28,908 nt of DNA from a virus (Duplodnaviria > Caudoviricetes), in IMG/VR virus record IMGVR_UViG_3300033067_000535, positions 1-28,908 of that record; one strand, given 5' to 3'. The notes beneath the pieces are model-generated. The model searched no databases. It was not told the origin of the DNA and saw only the letters and a list, made by a program, of their open reading frames with translations. A program made the translations under genes and the position numbers. This document shows, one piece after another, positions 8,029 to 16,863 of this stretch. Each line of letters starts with the position of its first letter. Position 1 is the stretch's first letter.

Positions 8029-9162
8029 ATGGCTGTAAAACCTAAAAAAATAATAGAAAAAACCACCTTTGATATTCAAAAATATAAAGAATCAAAAGGA
8101 CTGGTTCGTAAGATAAAAAATAAAGAATTAAGCTGGATTCCACTGTCCAACGCATATCAAGAAGCGTTAGGAATTCCCGGTGTACCAAGAGGATACACTT
8201 CACTTGCCAGAGGATATTCAAATACCGGTAAATCAACTGGTATTTACGAGGCAATTGTTGGCGCACAAAAAATCGGAGACCTTCCGGTTATTTTTGATAC
8301 AGAAAATAATTTCCAATGGGAACATGCCAGAAATGTTGGTATGGAATATCAAGAAGTTGTCGATAAAACAACTGGTGAGGTTTCATATGAAGGTGATTTT
8401 ATTTTTGTTAGTAACAGAATGCTTCTTGACATGTATAGTTGTTGGGAGTATGATGAAGCAAAACTGAAAGCTGAACCAGTAAGGAATCAGCCAGTTATTG
8501 AGGATATTGCACGTTTTATGGATGAAATAATGGATGACCAAGAATCTGGTAATTTAAACAGAAGTGTTGCTTTTTTCTGGGACTCAATTGGTTCATTAGA
8601 TTGTTTCAGAGCGGTAAAATCAAAGAGTAAAAATAATATGTGGAATGCTGGCGCACTTGAGTCTAGCTTCAAATCAATTTTGAACTTTAGAATTCCAGAT
8701 ACTCAACGTGAAGACTGTCCATATACCAATACATTCTTTGCTGTTCAGAAAATTTGGTTTGACAACATGAATACTGTCATCAAACACAAAGGTGGCGAAG
8801 CATTCTTCTTTGGTGCAAGACTTATTATCCACTTTGGTGGAATATTAACCCATGGAACTGAAAAGAAAAATGCGGAAATAACTGATAAGGGAATCAAGTA
8901 TAAATATCAATTTGGTGTTGTTGCAAATATCAAATGTGAAAAAAATCAGGTAACAGGAATTGAACAAATGGGTAAAATTATGTCTACATCGCATGGTTAC
9001 TGGAACCCAGATAAACTTGATGAGTATAAAAAAAGATACAAACCTTATATCTTGGAACAATTAACCAAGAGTTATCAAAATGTTAGTTTTAATGAAGATG
9101 CTGATATAAACATTACAACTGAAGAAGTTGTTAAATTATCAGGTGATGATATGTCTGCGTAA
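8029..9162 (+). CDS. uvsX: RecA/UvsX-like recombinase
   Basis: Walker A GYSNTGKST, catalytic Glu in FDTEN, Walker B FFWDS, a GGEA motif and KNQV. Located next to the SSB gene. Confidence 0.85.
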   Translation: MAVKPKKIIEKTTFDIQKYKESKGLVRKIKNKELSWIPLSNAYQEALGIPGVPRGYTSLARGYSNTGKSTGIYEAIVGAQKIGDLPVIFDTENNFQWEHARNVGMEYQEVVDKTTGEVSYEGDFIFVSNRMLLDMYSCWEYDEAKLKAEPVRNQPVIEDIARFMDEIMDDQESGNLNRSVAFFWDSIGSLDCFRAVKSKSKNNMWNAGALESSFKSILNFRIPDTQREDCPYTNTFFAVQKIWFDNMNTVIKHKGGEAFFFGARLIIHFGGILTHGTEKKNAEITDKGIKYKYQFGVVANIKCEKNQVTGIEQMGKIMSTSHGYWNPDKLDEYKKRYKPYILEQLTKSYQNVSFNEDADINITTEEVVKLSGDDMSA

Positions 9163-9194
9163 ACAATTTTTTTTAATCATTAAAGAATTGAAAA

Positions 9195-10259
9195 TTGAAT
9201 AAAAGACCACCAAAAGATGGTGAAATAATTGAAGTTATAAATACACTCTTGGTCGATGGAAATGCCTTATTTAAAATAGGTTTTTTCGGGGCCAAGAGTG
9301 AATATAACCATCGTGCTGAACACATTGGTGGTTTATACCAATTTCTTACAATACTCCGTAAATTATTAAACGAAAATCTATACCATAGAGTATATGTTTT
9401 TTGGGACGGAAAACTTAGTGGTAAATTAAGATATAATATATATCCACTTTATAAAAGTGGACGCAATAAAGATTATATCAATGGTTCTCAACCAGTAGAT
9501 GATTCTGAGGTTATTCAAAAAATGACAATTAGGAATTATCTAGATGAATTATACATTCGACAATTACAACACGATTTTATTGAGAGTGATGATTTCATTG
9601 GATATTATTTTATAAATAAAAAACCAAACGAAAAAATTACTATCTGTACAACGGATAGGGATATGTGTCAACTTATAAGTGAAGATGTAAGAATTTATTT
9701 TTGTGATTTAAAGAACTACATTGACAATACCAATTATTCTTCGTATTTTTGTCATCATTTAGATAATGCTGCGTTAATAAAAATAATCACTGGTGATAAT
9801 AGTGATACAATTAAGGGGGTTAAAGGAGTTAAAGAGACAAAATTACTTACGCTTTTTCCTGAGATAAAGGAACGAAAGGTAACACTGAATGAAATAATTG
9901 AAAAGGCAACAATCTTACAACAACAAAGAATCGAAGCCAAGCAAAAACCTTTAGGTGTGTTGGATAATATTATAAATGGTATTACAGATGGGCCACAAGG
10001 AGATGAACTCTATCGAATAAATACTGCACTTGTCGATTTGAAAAATCCGATGATGACAGATGAGGGAAAACAACAACTTCAAGATTTAATCGAGGGAGAA
10101 TTCTCAACTGAAAATAGAGGTATAAAGAATGTATTAAATTTTATGAAATATGATGGGTTAGAAAGGATAATTGGTTCTACTAGGTATCCAGAATATCTTT
10201 TACCATTTAAAAAGTTAATTGAAAGAGAAACCAAAGAATCATCAAAAAAACAACTATGA
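9195..10259 (+). CDS. 5'-3' exonuclease / flap endonuclease (T4 RNase H / PolI 5' nuclease family)
   Basis: LLVDGN, VFWDG, YKSGR, ESDDFIG, TTDRDMCQL and the helix-3-turn-helix motif GDNSDTIKGVKGV. TTG start. Confidence 0.9.
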   Translation: MNKRPPKDGEIIEVINTLLVDGNALFKIGFFGAKSEYNHRAEHIGGLYQFLTILRKLLNENLYHRVYVFWDGKLSGKLRYNIYPLYKSGRNKDYINGSQPVDDSEVIQKMTIRNYLDELYIRQLQHDFIESDDFIGYYFINKKPNEKITICTTDRDMCQLISEDVRIYFCDLKNYIDNTNYSSYFCHHLDNAALIKIITGDNSDTIKGVKGVKETKLLTLFPEIKERKVTLNEIIEKATILQQQRIEAKQKPLGVLDNIINGITDGPQGDELYRINTALVDLKNPMMTDEGKQQLQDLIEGEFSTENRGIKNVLNFMKYDGLERIIGSTRYPEYLLPFKKLIERETKESSKKQL

Positions 10260-10726
10260 ACAAAAAAATCGAAGAACAGAGATTTGAATTTGTGCTTTAC
10301 ATCAATAAGCACATTATCTGTCAAAGATACTTTAGTATCAGAGACTTTAATGAATTGTCATTGAATTCATTAGAATTAAAACAATTAATGGATAGATTAG
10401 TGGGTGTTAACTCATCTTCAATGGGTTATATTCCACAACATCTTAAAAAGAAAGCGATTGATTATTTATGGAGATTTTATAATCCATATAATAAGCAAAC
10501 CGATGTCAATGTTAAAAATAATTACGAGAAAGAAGATATTTTTGACTTTGAAATAAGGGTTGATAAAGAAGCAGTTGCGCAAAGCACGTTTTCTGGGAAT
10601 CTTTTCCCACCACAAATAAGATATCAAGTAGATATAAAGGAATTAATTCCTAATATTATATCAGATATCAAAGACACTTTGAGTCAAAAAAAATATACCA
10701 CTAAGTATGGCTATATCGCACTTTAA
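10256..10726 (+). CDS. Hypothetical protein (156 aa) in the replication block
   Basis: ATGA overlap with the exonuclease gene; directly precedes the helicase gene. Confidence 0.8.
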   Translation: MNKKIEEQRFEFVLYINKHIICQRYFSIRDFNELSLNSLELKQLMDRLVGVNSSSMGYIPQHLKKKAIDYLWRFYNPYNKQTDVNVKNNYEKEDIFDFEIRVDKEAVAQSTFSGNLFPPQIRYQVDIKELIPNIISDIKDTLSQKKYTTKYGYIAL

Positions 10727-10727
10727 G

Positions 10728-10737
10728 GATATTTATT
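10728..10737 (+). promoter_or_regulatory. Candidate phage promoter motif GATATTTATT
   Basis: Same ATATTTAT core as 5758 and 14263, about 35 nt upstream of the helicase ATG. Confidence 0.35.
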
Positions 10738-10770
10738 AAAATCAAAGTTTTTAAAAATTCACAATAAAAA

Positions 10771-12171
10771 ATGTCAAAAATTAATAGGGGGAGTTTTGGG
10801 TATTTAGGCGCTGATTTTCAGCTTAGATTAGTCGCACAACTTCTCGTTGATAACAAATTTGCCGAATCAATTATTGACATAGTAGACCCAAATTACTTTG
10901 ATGACCAACATCTTAGAGTAATTGTTTCAACAATCAAGGACGCATATCAGGAATATAATGTAATTCCTGATATGGGTAGCCTTGAATTTAGGCTTCTAGA
11001 TAGTATTACAAACGAATTTGACCAAAAATATGCGATGGCTCAGCTCAGGATGGTAAAAGATGCCAATCTGAATGATAGTCTAGCCGTGCAGGATAAGGCA
11101 ATGAAGTTTTGTAAACAACAGGAGCTTCAGAAATCTATTAAAGAAATTCAGATTATAATTGATAAAGGTGATATATCCAGATATGATGAATGCGAAGAAA
11201 TCCTCAAAAAGGCTTTAGAACATGGTGATAATAAAGATAATGGGGTAAACGTATTAGATAATATTGATGCAGTACTTGTCGATGATTTCAGAAAACCAAT
11301 TCCAACTGGAATTAAAGGTCTCGATGAAATCATGGATGGTGGTTTATCCAGAGGTGAACTTGCAATCATATTAGCCCCGTTCGGTGTCGGTAAGACAACG
11401 ATGATTACCAAGATTGCCAATACGGCAAAAAAGTTAGGTAAAAATGTTCTTCAAATAATATTTGAGGACACAACAAAAATAATTCAAAGAAAACACTTAG
11501 CTTGTTGGTCAGGATATGACCTAAATAGTTTGTCATTACATAAAGATGAACTTAAAGAGTTGGTCGAAGTTAAAAAAACAGAACCGGGAATTTTGAAGAT
11601 TAAAAAATTCCCAAGTGATGGTACTACTATACCTATCATCCGACAGTACATTAGAAAGTTGATAGCACAAGGGTTTAGACCAGATATTGTTTTATTAGAT
11701 TACATTGATTGCGTACAGCCATCAAAAAAAGTTGATGACGTAAATGTTGGAGAAGGAAATGTTATGCGACAATTCGAAACACTTCTCTCAGAATTCGACA
11801 TGGCTGGTTGGACAGCTGTACAGGGCAATAGAAGCTCAATACGGTCAGAAGTAGTTGAAGCCGACCAAATGGGTGGTTCAATTAAGAAGGGCCAGATTGG
11901 TCACTTTGTAGTCTCAATAGCAAAAACCTTAGACCAAAAAGAAGCTGGAACAGCCACGATGGCAATTCTTAAATCCAGATTCGGTAAGGACGGTATGATT
12001 CTCCAAGATATAATATTTGATAATGCTAGAATTCAAATAGATATGAATGGGGATAAAACAGCAAGAACCCAAGGTGAATACAATAAGGATAAAGAAAAGG
12101 AAGAAAAACGACATGTGGCTAATATGTTGGAAGCTCTTCAAAAACGTAAAGCGGTGATATTAGAAGAATAA
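10771..12171 (+). CDS. dnaB: Replicative DNA helicase, DnaB / T4 gp41 family
   Basis: IPTGIKGLD...GGL..GEL, Walker A APFGVGKT, FED, Walker B LLDYID, AVQGNR and the arginine-finger motif KSRFG. Confidence 0.92.
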   Translation: MSKINRGSFGYLGADFQLRLVAQLLVDNKFAESIIDIVDPNYFDDQHLRVIVSTIKDAYQEYNVIPDMGSLEFRLLDSITNEFDQKYAMAQLRMVKDANLNDSLAVQDKAMKFCKQQELQKSIKEIQIIIDKGDISRYDECEEILKKALEHGDNKDNGVNVLDNIDAVLVDDFRKPIPTGIKGLDEIMDGGLSRGELAIILAPFGVGKTTMITKIANTAKKLGKNVLQIIFEDTTKIIQRKHLACWSGYDLNSLSLHKDELKELVEVKKTEPGILKIKKFPSDGTTIPIIRQYIRKLIAQGFRPDIVLLDYIDCVQPSKKVDDVNVGEGNVMRQFETLLSEFDMAGWTAVQGNRSSIRSEVVEADQMGGSIKKGQIGHFVVSIAKTLDQKEAGTATMAILKSRFGKDGMILQDIIFDNARIQIDMNGDKTARTQGEYNKDKEKEEKRHVANMLEALQKRKAVILEE

Positions 12172-12200
12172 TAAACGAAGAAAAAAAATTAATAAAAGAA

Positions 12201-14177
12201 ATGGATTTATCAACAAAAATCTTGTCGGATATTACTGTACATATGAAGTATTCAAAGTATATCCCCGAATTACATAGGCGAGAAACATGGAATGAACTGG
12301 TTACACGAAATAAAAACATGCACCAGAAAAAGTACCCGAATATAGCAGATGAAATAGAAAAAGCATATCAATATGTTTATGATAAGAAGGTTCTCCCATC
12401 AATGAGGTCACTCCAATTTGGAGGTAAACCAATTGAGATATCACCGAACAGAATTTACAACTGTGCTTATTTACCAATTGATGATTGGAGAGCATTTAGT
12501 GAAACAATGTTTCTTTTGCTTGGTGGTACAGGTGTTGGATTTTCGGTTCAAAAACATCATGTAGACCAATTACCAGAAATCAGAAAACCAAACCCAAATA
12601 GAACCAAAAGATTTCTTATTGGTGACTCAATAGAGGGTTGGGCGGATACAATCAAAATATTAATGAGAGCATATTTTGAAGGAATGTCAACACCAGACTT
12701 TGATTACTCTGACATTAGGCAAAAGGGAGCATTGCTTATCACTAGTGGTGGTAGGGCACCCGGACCACAGCCGCTTAAAGACTGTGTCCATAATATTACC
12801 AAAATTCTTGACGCAAAACAGGACAATACCAAATTAACACCAATTGAGGTGCATGATATAATATGTTTTATTGCCGATGCTGTTTTGGCTGGCGGAATAA
12901 GAAGAGCAGCACTTATTTCTTTATTTTCAATGGATGATGAAGAAATGTTATCAGCAAAATCAGGTGCTTGGTGGGAACTTAACCCACAAAGAGGTAGAGC
13001 AAATAATTCGGCTGTAATTCTAAGATATAAAATAAAAGATGAGGACTTTTTCCAACTTTGGAAAAGAATAGAGGATAGTAATAGTGGTGAACCGGGAGTT
13101 TATTTTTCAAACGATAAAGATTGGGGAACCAATCCTTGTTGTGAAATTGGTTTAAGACCATACCAATTTTGTAATCTTTGTGAGGTTAATGTGTCAGATA
13201 TTGAATCACAAGAAGACCTTGAAAACAGAACAAAAGCGGCGGCATTTATTGGAACATTACAAGCTGGTTATACCAATTTTCATTATCTTAGAGATGTTTG
13301 GAAACGTACAACTGAGAAAGATGCTTTGATTGGGGTCGGTATGACAGGTATTGGTTCTGGTGAAATTATGAAATACGATTTAGAAGCTTCAGCTAAGATT
13401 GTTTTGAAGGAAAATGCTAGAGTGGCTAAGCTTATCGGTATTAATAAAGCGGCAAGAACCACAACCGTTAAACCATCTGGAACAAGTTCATTGGTTTTAG
13501 GCACTGCATCCGGTATACATGCTTGGCACAACGACTATTATATCAGAAGAATTCGTGTTGGTAAAAATGAATCAATATACACATATCTTTCAATTTATCA
13601 TCCAGAACTAATTGAGGACGAATACTTCAAACCAAAAGAACAAGCGGTAATATCTCTTCCGGTAAAAGCACCAGAAGGTTCTATTTTAAGATTTGAACCA
13701 CCAATGAACCTGTTAGAACGTGTAAAATTGTTTAACACAAAATGGGTTAAGAGCGGCCATAGAGATGGGGAAAACACTCACAATGTTTCCGTTACTGTTT
13801 CGATTAAAAAAGAAATTGAAAAAGTTTCAAAATTGGACGAATTTGGCGTTGTTGTTCACGACTCTAATGATAATCCAATAATGGAAGATAGAAGAGATGA
13901 TAAAGGTAATTTGGTTTACAAAATAAACGAATGGCCAATGATTGGAAAATGGATGTGGGAAAATAGAGACTCATTTAATGGCATTTCAGTGCTACCATAT
14001 GATGGTGGGAGCTATATTCAACCTCCATTTGAGGACTGTAATAAAGAAAAGTATGAAAAAATGATGGAAGTTTTGAGCGACATTGACCTTACAAAGGTAG
14101 TCGAAGTCTCAGATAATACAAATCTTAGCGGTGAGGTTAGTTGTGGAGGCGGAGCATGTGAGGTATTGGTAGTTTAA
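12201..14177 (+). CDS. nrdJ: Class II (adenosylcobalamin-dependent) ribonucleotide reductase, monomeric RTPR type
   Basis: LPSMRSL, YNCAY, GGTGVGFSV, GGIRRAA, thiyl-radical motif TNPCCEI with FCNL, TTVKPSGT and a C-terminal redox pair CGGGAC. No class I beta subunit gene is adjacent. Confidence 0.9.
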   Translation: MDLSTKILSDITVHMKYSKYIPELHRRETWNELVTRNKNMHQKKYPNIADEIEKAYQYVYDKKVLPSMRSLQFGGKPIEISPNRIYNCAYLPIDDWRAFSETMFLLLGGTGVGFSVQKHHVDQLPEIRKPNPNRTKRFLIGDSIEGWADTIKILMRAYFEGMSTPDFDYSDIRQKGALLITSGGRAPGPQPLKDCVHNITKILDAKQDNTKLTPIEVHDIICFIADAVLAGGIRRAALISLFSMDDEEMLSAKSGAWWELNPQRGRANNSAVILRYKIKDEDFFQLWKRIEDSNSGEPGVYFSNDKDWGTNPCCEIGLRPYQFCNLCEVNVSDIESQEDLENRTKAAAFIGTLQAGYTNFHYLRDVWKRTTEKDALIGVGMTGIGSGEIMKYDLEASAKIVLKENARVAKLIGINKAARTTTVKPSGTSSLVLGTASGIHAWHNDYYIRRIRVGKNESIYTYLSIYHPELIEDEYFKPKEQAVISLPVKAPEGSILRFEPPMNLLERVKLFNTKWVKSGHRDGENTHNVSVTVSIKKEIEKVSKLDEFGVVVHDSNDNPIMEDRRDDKGNLVYKINEWPMIGKWMWENRDSFNGISVLPYDGGSYIQPPFEDCNKEKYEKMMEVLSDIDLTKVVEVSDNTNLSGEVSCGGGACEVLVV

Positions 14178-14200
14178 GCGAATTTTTCCTATGAAAACAC

Positions 14201-14233
14201 ATAAGGGGGGCCTATTAGGCCCCCTTTATTTTT
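14201..14233 (+). terminator. Strong Rho-independent terminator ending the replication block
   Basis: ATAAGGGGGGCCT-ATT-AGGCCCCCTTTAT followed by TTTT. Confidence 0.9.
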
Positions 14234-14261
14234 ACATTTACTTGTAAAAATAAATTCTTAT

Positions 14262-14270
14262 TATATTTAT
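14262..14270 (+). promoter_or_regulatory. Candidate phage (late?) promoter TATATTTAT at the head of the baseplate operon
   Basis: Lies between the terminator and the gp25-like ATG, where a new promoter is needed. Shares the ATATTTAT core. Confidence 0.45.
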
Positions 14271-14285
14271 CTATAAACCAAGAAT

Positions 14286-14672
14286 ATGGCTGTGAAAAAG
14301 TACATAAATATTGATTATCCGTTTAAAAACAGCCCACAGGGGTTTTTTTTGAACCTAAATTCCGATGAACAAAGGGCAATAAAGGCAGATTTAATGCATC
14401 TTTTATTGACAAGAAAGGGTCAAAGGCTTTATAATCCAGATTTTGGGACAGATTTATTAAAATACATCTTTGAACCAAATGACACACTTACACTAGATGC
14501 GATAACAGATGAAGTTAGGACATCTGTTAACAAATATCTTCCAAATCTTAATATTAAAAACCTTAGTGTGACACCCTCAGAAGATAATGAGTACGTGGCA
14601 ACAATAAGATTGGATTATACAATAACAGACAATGTATTTGACATTGCTGATTTTGTTATTATAAACGTTTAA
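14286..14672 (+). CDS. Baseplate wedge subunit, T4 gp25 / GPW family
   Basis: IKADLMHLLLTRKGQRLYNPDFGTDL...FEP signature, 128 aa, directly before a gp6-like gene. Confidence 0.88.
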   Translation: MAVKKYINIDYPFKNSPQGFFLNLNSDEQRAIKADLMHLLLTRKGQRLYNPDFGTDLLKYIFEPNDTLTLDAITDEVRTSVNKYLPNLNIKNLSVTPSEDNEYVATIRLDYTITDNVFDIADFVIINV

Positions 14673-14674
14673 AC

Positions 14675-16489
14675 ATGGCACAAATAGTTAATTACACAAG
14701 CAGAAATTTTGCTGATATAAGAACCGACTTGGTTAATATGGTAAGACAGTATTATCCAGACATTTTCAATGATTTTAATGATGCGTCTGTTGGTATGATG
14801 TTACTTGAATTAAATGCAGCGGTTGGAGACATGCTTTCCTTTAATACGGATAGAATGTTCCAAGAAACCCAAATAGACTATGCACAGGAAAGAAGTTCAA
14901 TACTTTCAATGGCTAGAACCTTTGGGCTTAAAATACCCGGAAAACGTCCATCAGTAACCATTGTCGACTTTTCAGTCACGATTCCAGTTCAAGGGGATAC
15001 ATTTGATGCATCATATACTCCAATAATTGAAGCTGGTGCTCAAGTAAATGGGGCTGGTAAGGTTTTTGAAACAATTTATGATATCGACTTTTCATCCCCA
15101 TTCAGTGTTGGTGGGATTCCAAATAGATTGATTATACCTAATTTTAATTCAAATGGAACACTTACCAGCTATACCTTGACCAAGAGAGAATTTGTAATTA
15201 ATGGTTACACAAAGGTGTTTAAAAGAATTATAACAACAGCCGATGTTAGACCATTCTTAGAAGTTGTTTTACCAGATGATAATGTTTTATCTATTGATTC
15301 AGTAATAGCATTAGATGGTACAAATTATATCGCAGAACCTACTTCTGATGATTTTCTTAATTTAGACTATAAATGGTTTGAAGTTGACGCATTGGCCGAA
15401 GATAAAGTTTTTATCGAAGACCTTAATAAAGTATCTGATAATCTTTCAATTAGACCGGGAAAATATATAAAGGTAAATAAAAGATTTATAACTGAATTTA
15501 CGGATTTAGGGTTTCTTAAAATGATATTTGGTGGCGGTACTCAAGATACTAGTTCTCTTTGTGATTTTGATGTTGATGCTAGTCTAGTCAATCAAATAGG
15601 TGACTTTATTAACAATTTATCACTGGGTGTGACGCATTCACCTAACACAACGTTGTTTGTAAAATATAGAGTTGGTGGTGGCTCAGACACAAATTTAGGT
15701 CAGGGAATTATAAACACGGTTGGATTGATGAACATGTACGTTAATGGGGCTGACCCAGCACAAAATAATGCTGTTAGAACGTCATTGGTTGTTAACAATC
15801 CATTACCAGCACTTGGAGGTAGGGATGAACCATCCGTCGATGAAATAAGAAATCTGGTTAGGTATAATTTTTCAGCACAAAATAGGGCTGTAACAATTAA
15901 GGACTATCAATCAAGAATTGCTCTTATGCCTAGTAAATTTGGTGTTCCATTTAGAACGGGTGTTTTTGAAGAACAAAACAAAATTAAGGTATATATTATG
16001 GGGTTAGATTCAGATGGTAAGCTGAACAACACATCGACAAGCACACTTAAAGAAAATATTGCAACATATCTTGCTGATTATAGAATGTTGAATGATTATG
16101 TTGAGATATCAAATGGTCGAATAGTGAACTTATCGTTTCAAATTGACCTTTTCATAGATAAAAAATATCCTCAGTCACAAATCATAACACAGGTTATTAA
16201 TGCGGTTAATAACTATATGAGTATAAATGGTTTTGATATGGGTGAAAATGTTTATTTATCAAATTTGCTAGAGACAATAAATAATGTTGGTGGCGTATTA
16301 AATGTAATAGACTTAAGAGTTTATAATAATGTTGGTGGTAGGTATTCGGTTAATGAAATATCACAACCATATGTTGATGATGCAACTAGAGAAATCGATA
16401 TATCAAACGAATATACACTTTTTGGTGAACCAACAACTATGTTTGAGATTCGTTACCCTACCTCTGATATTATTGTTAGAGTAAAATAA
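14675..16489 (+). CDS. Baseplate wedge protein, T4 gp6 / baseplate J-like
   Basis: YTSRNFADIR, LLELNAAVGDMLSF..D, AQERSSILSMARTFG, YRVGGG, GGRDEPSVDEIR and QNRAVTIKDY. Confidence 0.88.
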   Translation: MAQIVNYTSRNFADIRTDLVNMVRQYYPDIFNDFNDASVGMMLLELNAAVGDMLSFNTDRMFQETQIDYAQERSSILSMARTFGLKIPGKRPSVTIVDFSVTIPVQGDTFDASYTPIIEAGAQVNGAGKVFETIYDIDFSSPFSVGGIPNRLIIPNFNSNGTLTSYTLTKREFVINGYTKVFKRIITTADVRPFLEVVLPDDNVLSIDSVIALDGTNYIAEPTSDDFLNLDYKWFEVDALAEDKVFIEDLNKVSDNLSIRPGKYIKVNKRFITEFTDLGFLKMIFGGGTQDTSSLCDFDVDASLVNQIGDFINNLSLGVTHSPNTTLFVKYRVGGGSDTNLGQGIINTVGLMNMYVNGADPAQNNAVRTSLVVNNPLPALGGRDEPSVDEIRNLVRYNFSAQNRAVTIKDYQSRIALMPSKFGVPFRTGVFEEQNKIKVYIMGLDSDGKLNNTSTSTLKENIATYLADYRMLNDYVEISNGRIVNLSFQIDLFIDKKYPQSQIITQVINAVNNYMSINGFDMGENVYLSNLLETINNVGGVLNVIDLRVYNNVGGRYSVNEISQPYVDDATREIDISNEYTLFGEPTTMFEIRYPTSDIIVRVK

Positions 16490-16494
16490 AAATC

Positions 16495-16857
16495 ATGGCA
16501 TGTACAAACTGTAAAAAATCTAAACAAGAAGTTGTCGAAGAGGTTTTAGAAACCGCAAAAACAAAATCAGAAACACCAATAACGGATTATTTATTAAAGG
16601 TGTTACTTTTTTTGGTCTTATTACTGGTGTTAACACCAGTAATTATAGTTGTTTTTATCATAGTTTTATTTGGTATTGTTGTCTTATCAAAAGATATTAA
16701 TTTACTACCATTGGTTTATCATATTGGTAAAAAAATATTTAAAGAGGAGGAGGAAGAAGAAGATGAAGATGAAGACGACGATATGACAGATGATGACGGT
16801 CCAATGGATGATACGCATGAATTAGCCGACCCAGATGAAATAATTGAAATTAAATAA
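16495..16857 (+). CDS. Small membrane protein with N-terminal CxxC, a long hydrophobic segment and an acidic tail
   Basis: Starts MACTNCKK; a ~30-residue hydrophobic run (VLLFLVLLLVLTPVIIVVFIIVLFGIVVL); then EEEEEEDEDEDDD. Confidence 0.7.
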   Translation: MACTNCKKSKQEVVEEVLETAKTKSETPITDYLLKVLLFLVLLLVLTPVIIVVFIIVLFGIVVLSKDINLLPLVYHIGKKIFKEEEEEEDEDEDDDMTDDDGPMDDTHELADPDEIIEIK

Positions 16858-16863
16858 TAGGGA

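Noticed and set aside
8029-14177. Inteins or group I introns in UvsX, the helicase or NrdJ
   Set aside because: Protein lengths are typical, frames are uninterrupted, and no splice-junction or homing-endonuclease motifs are visible.
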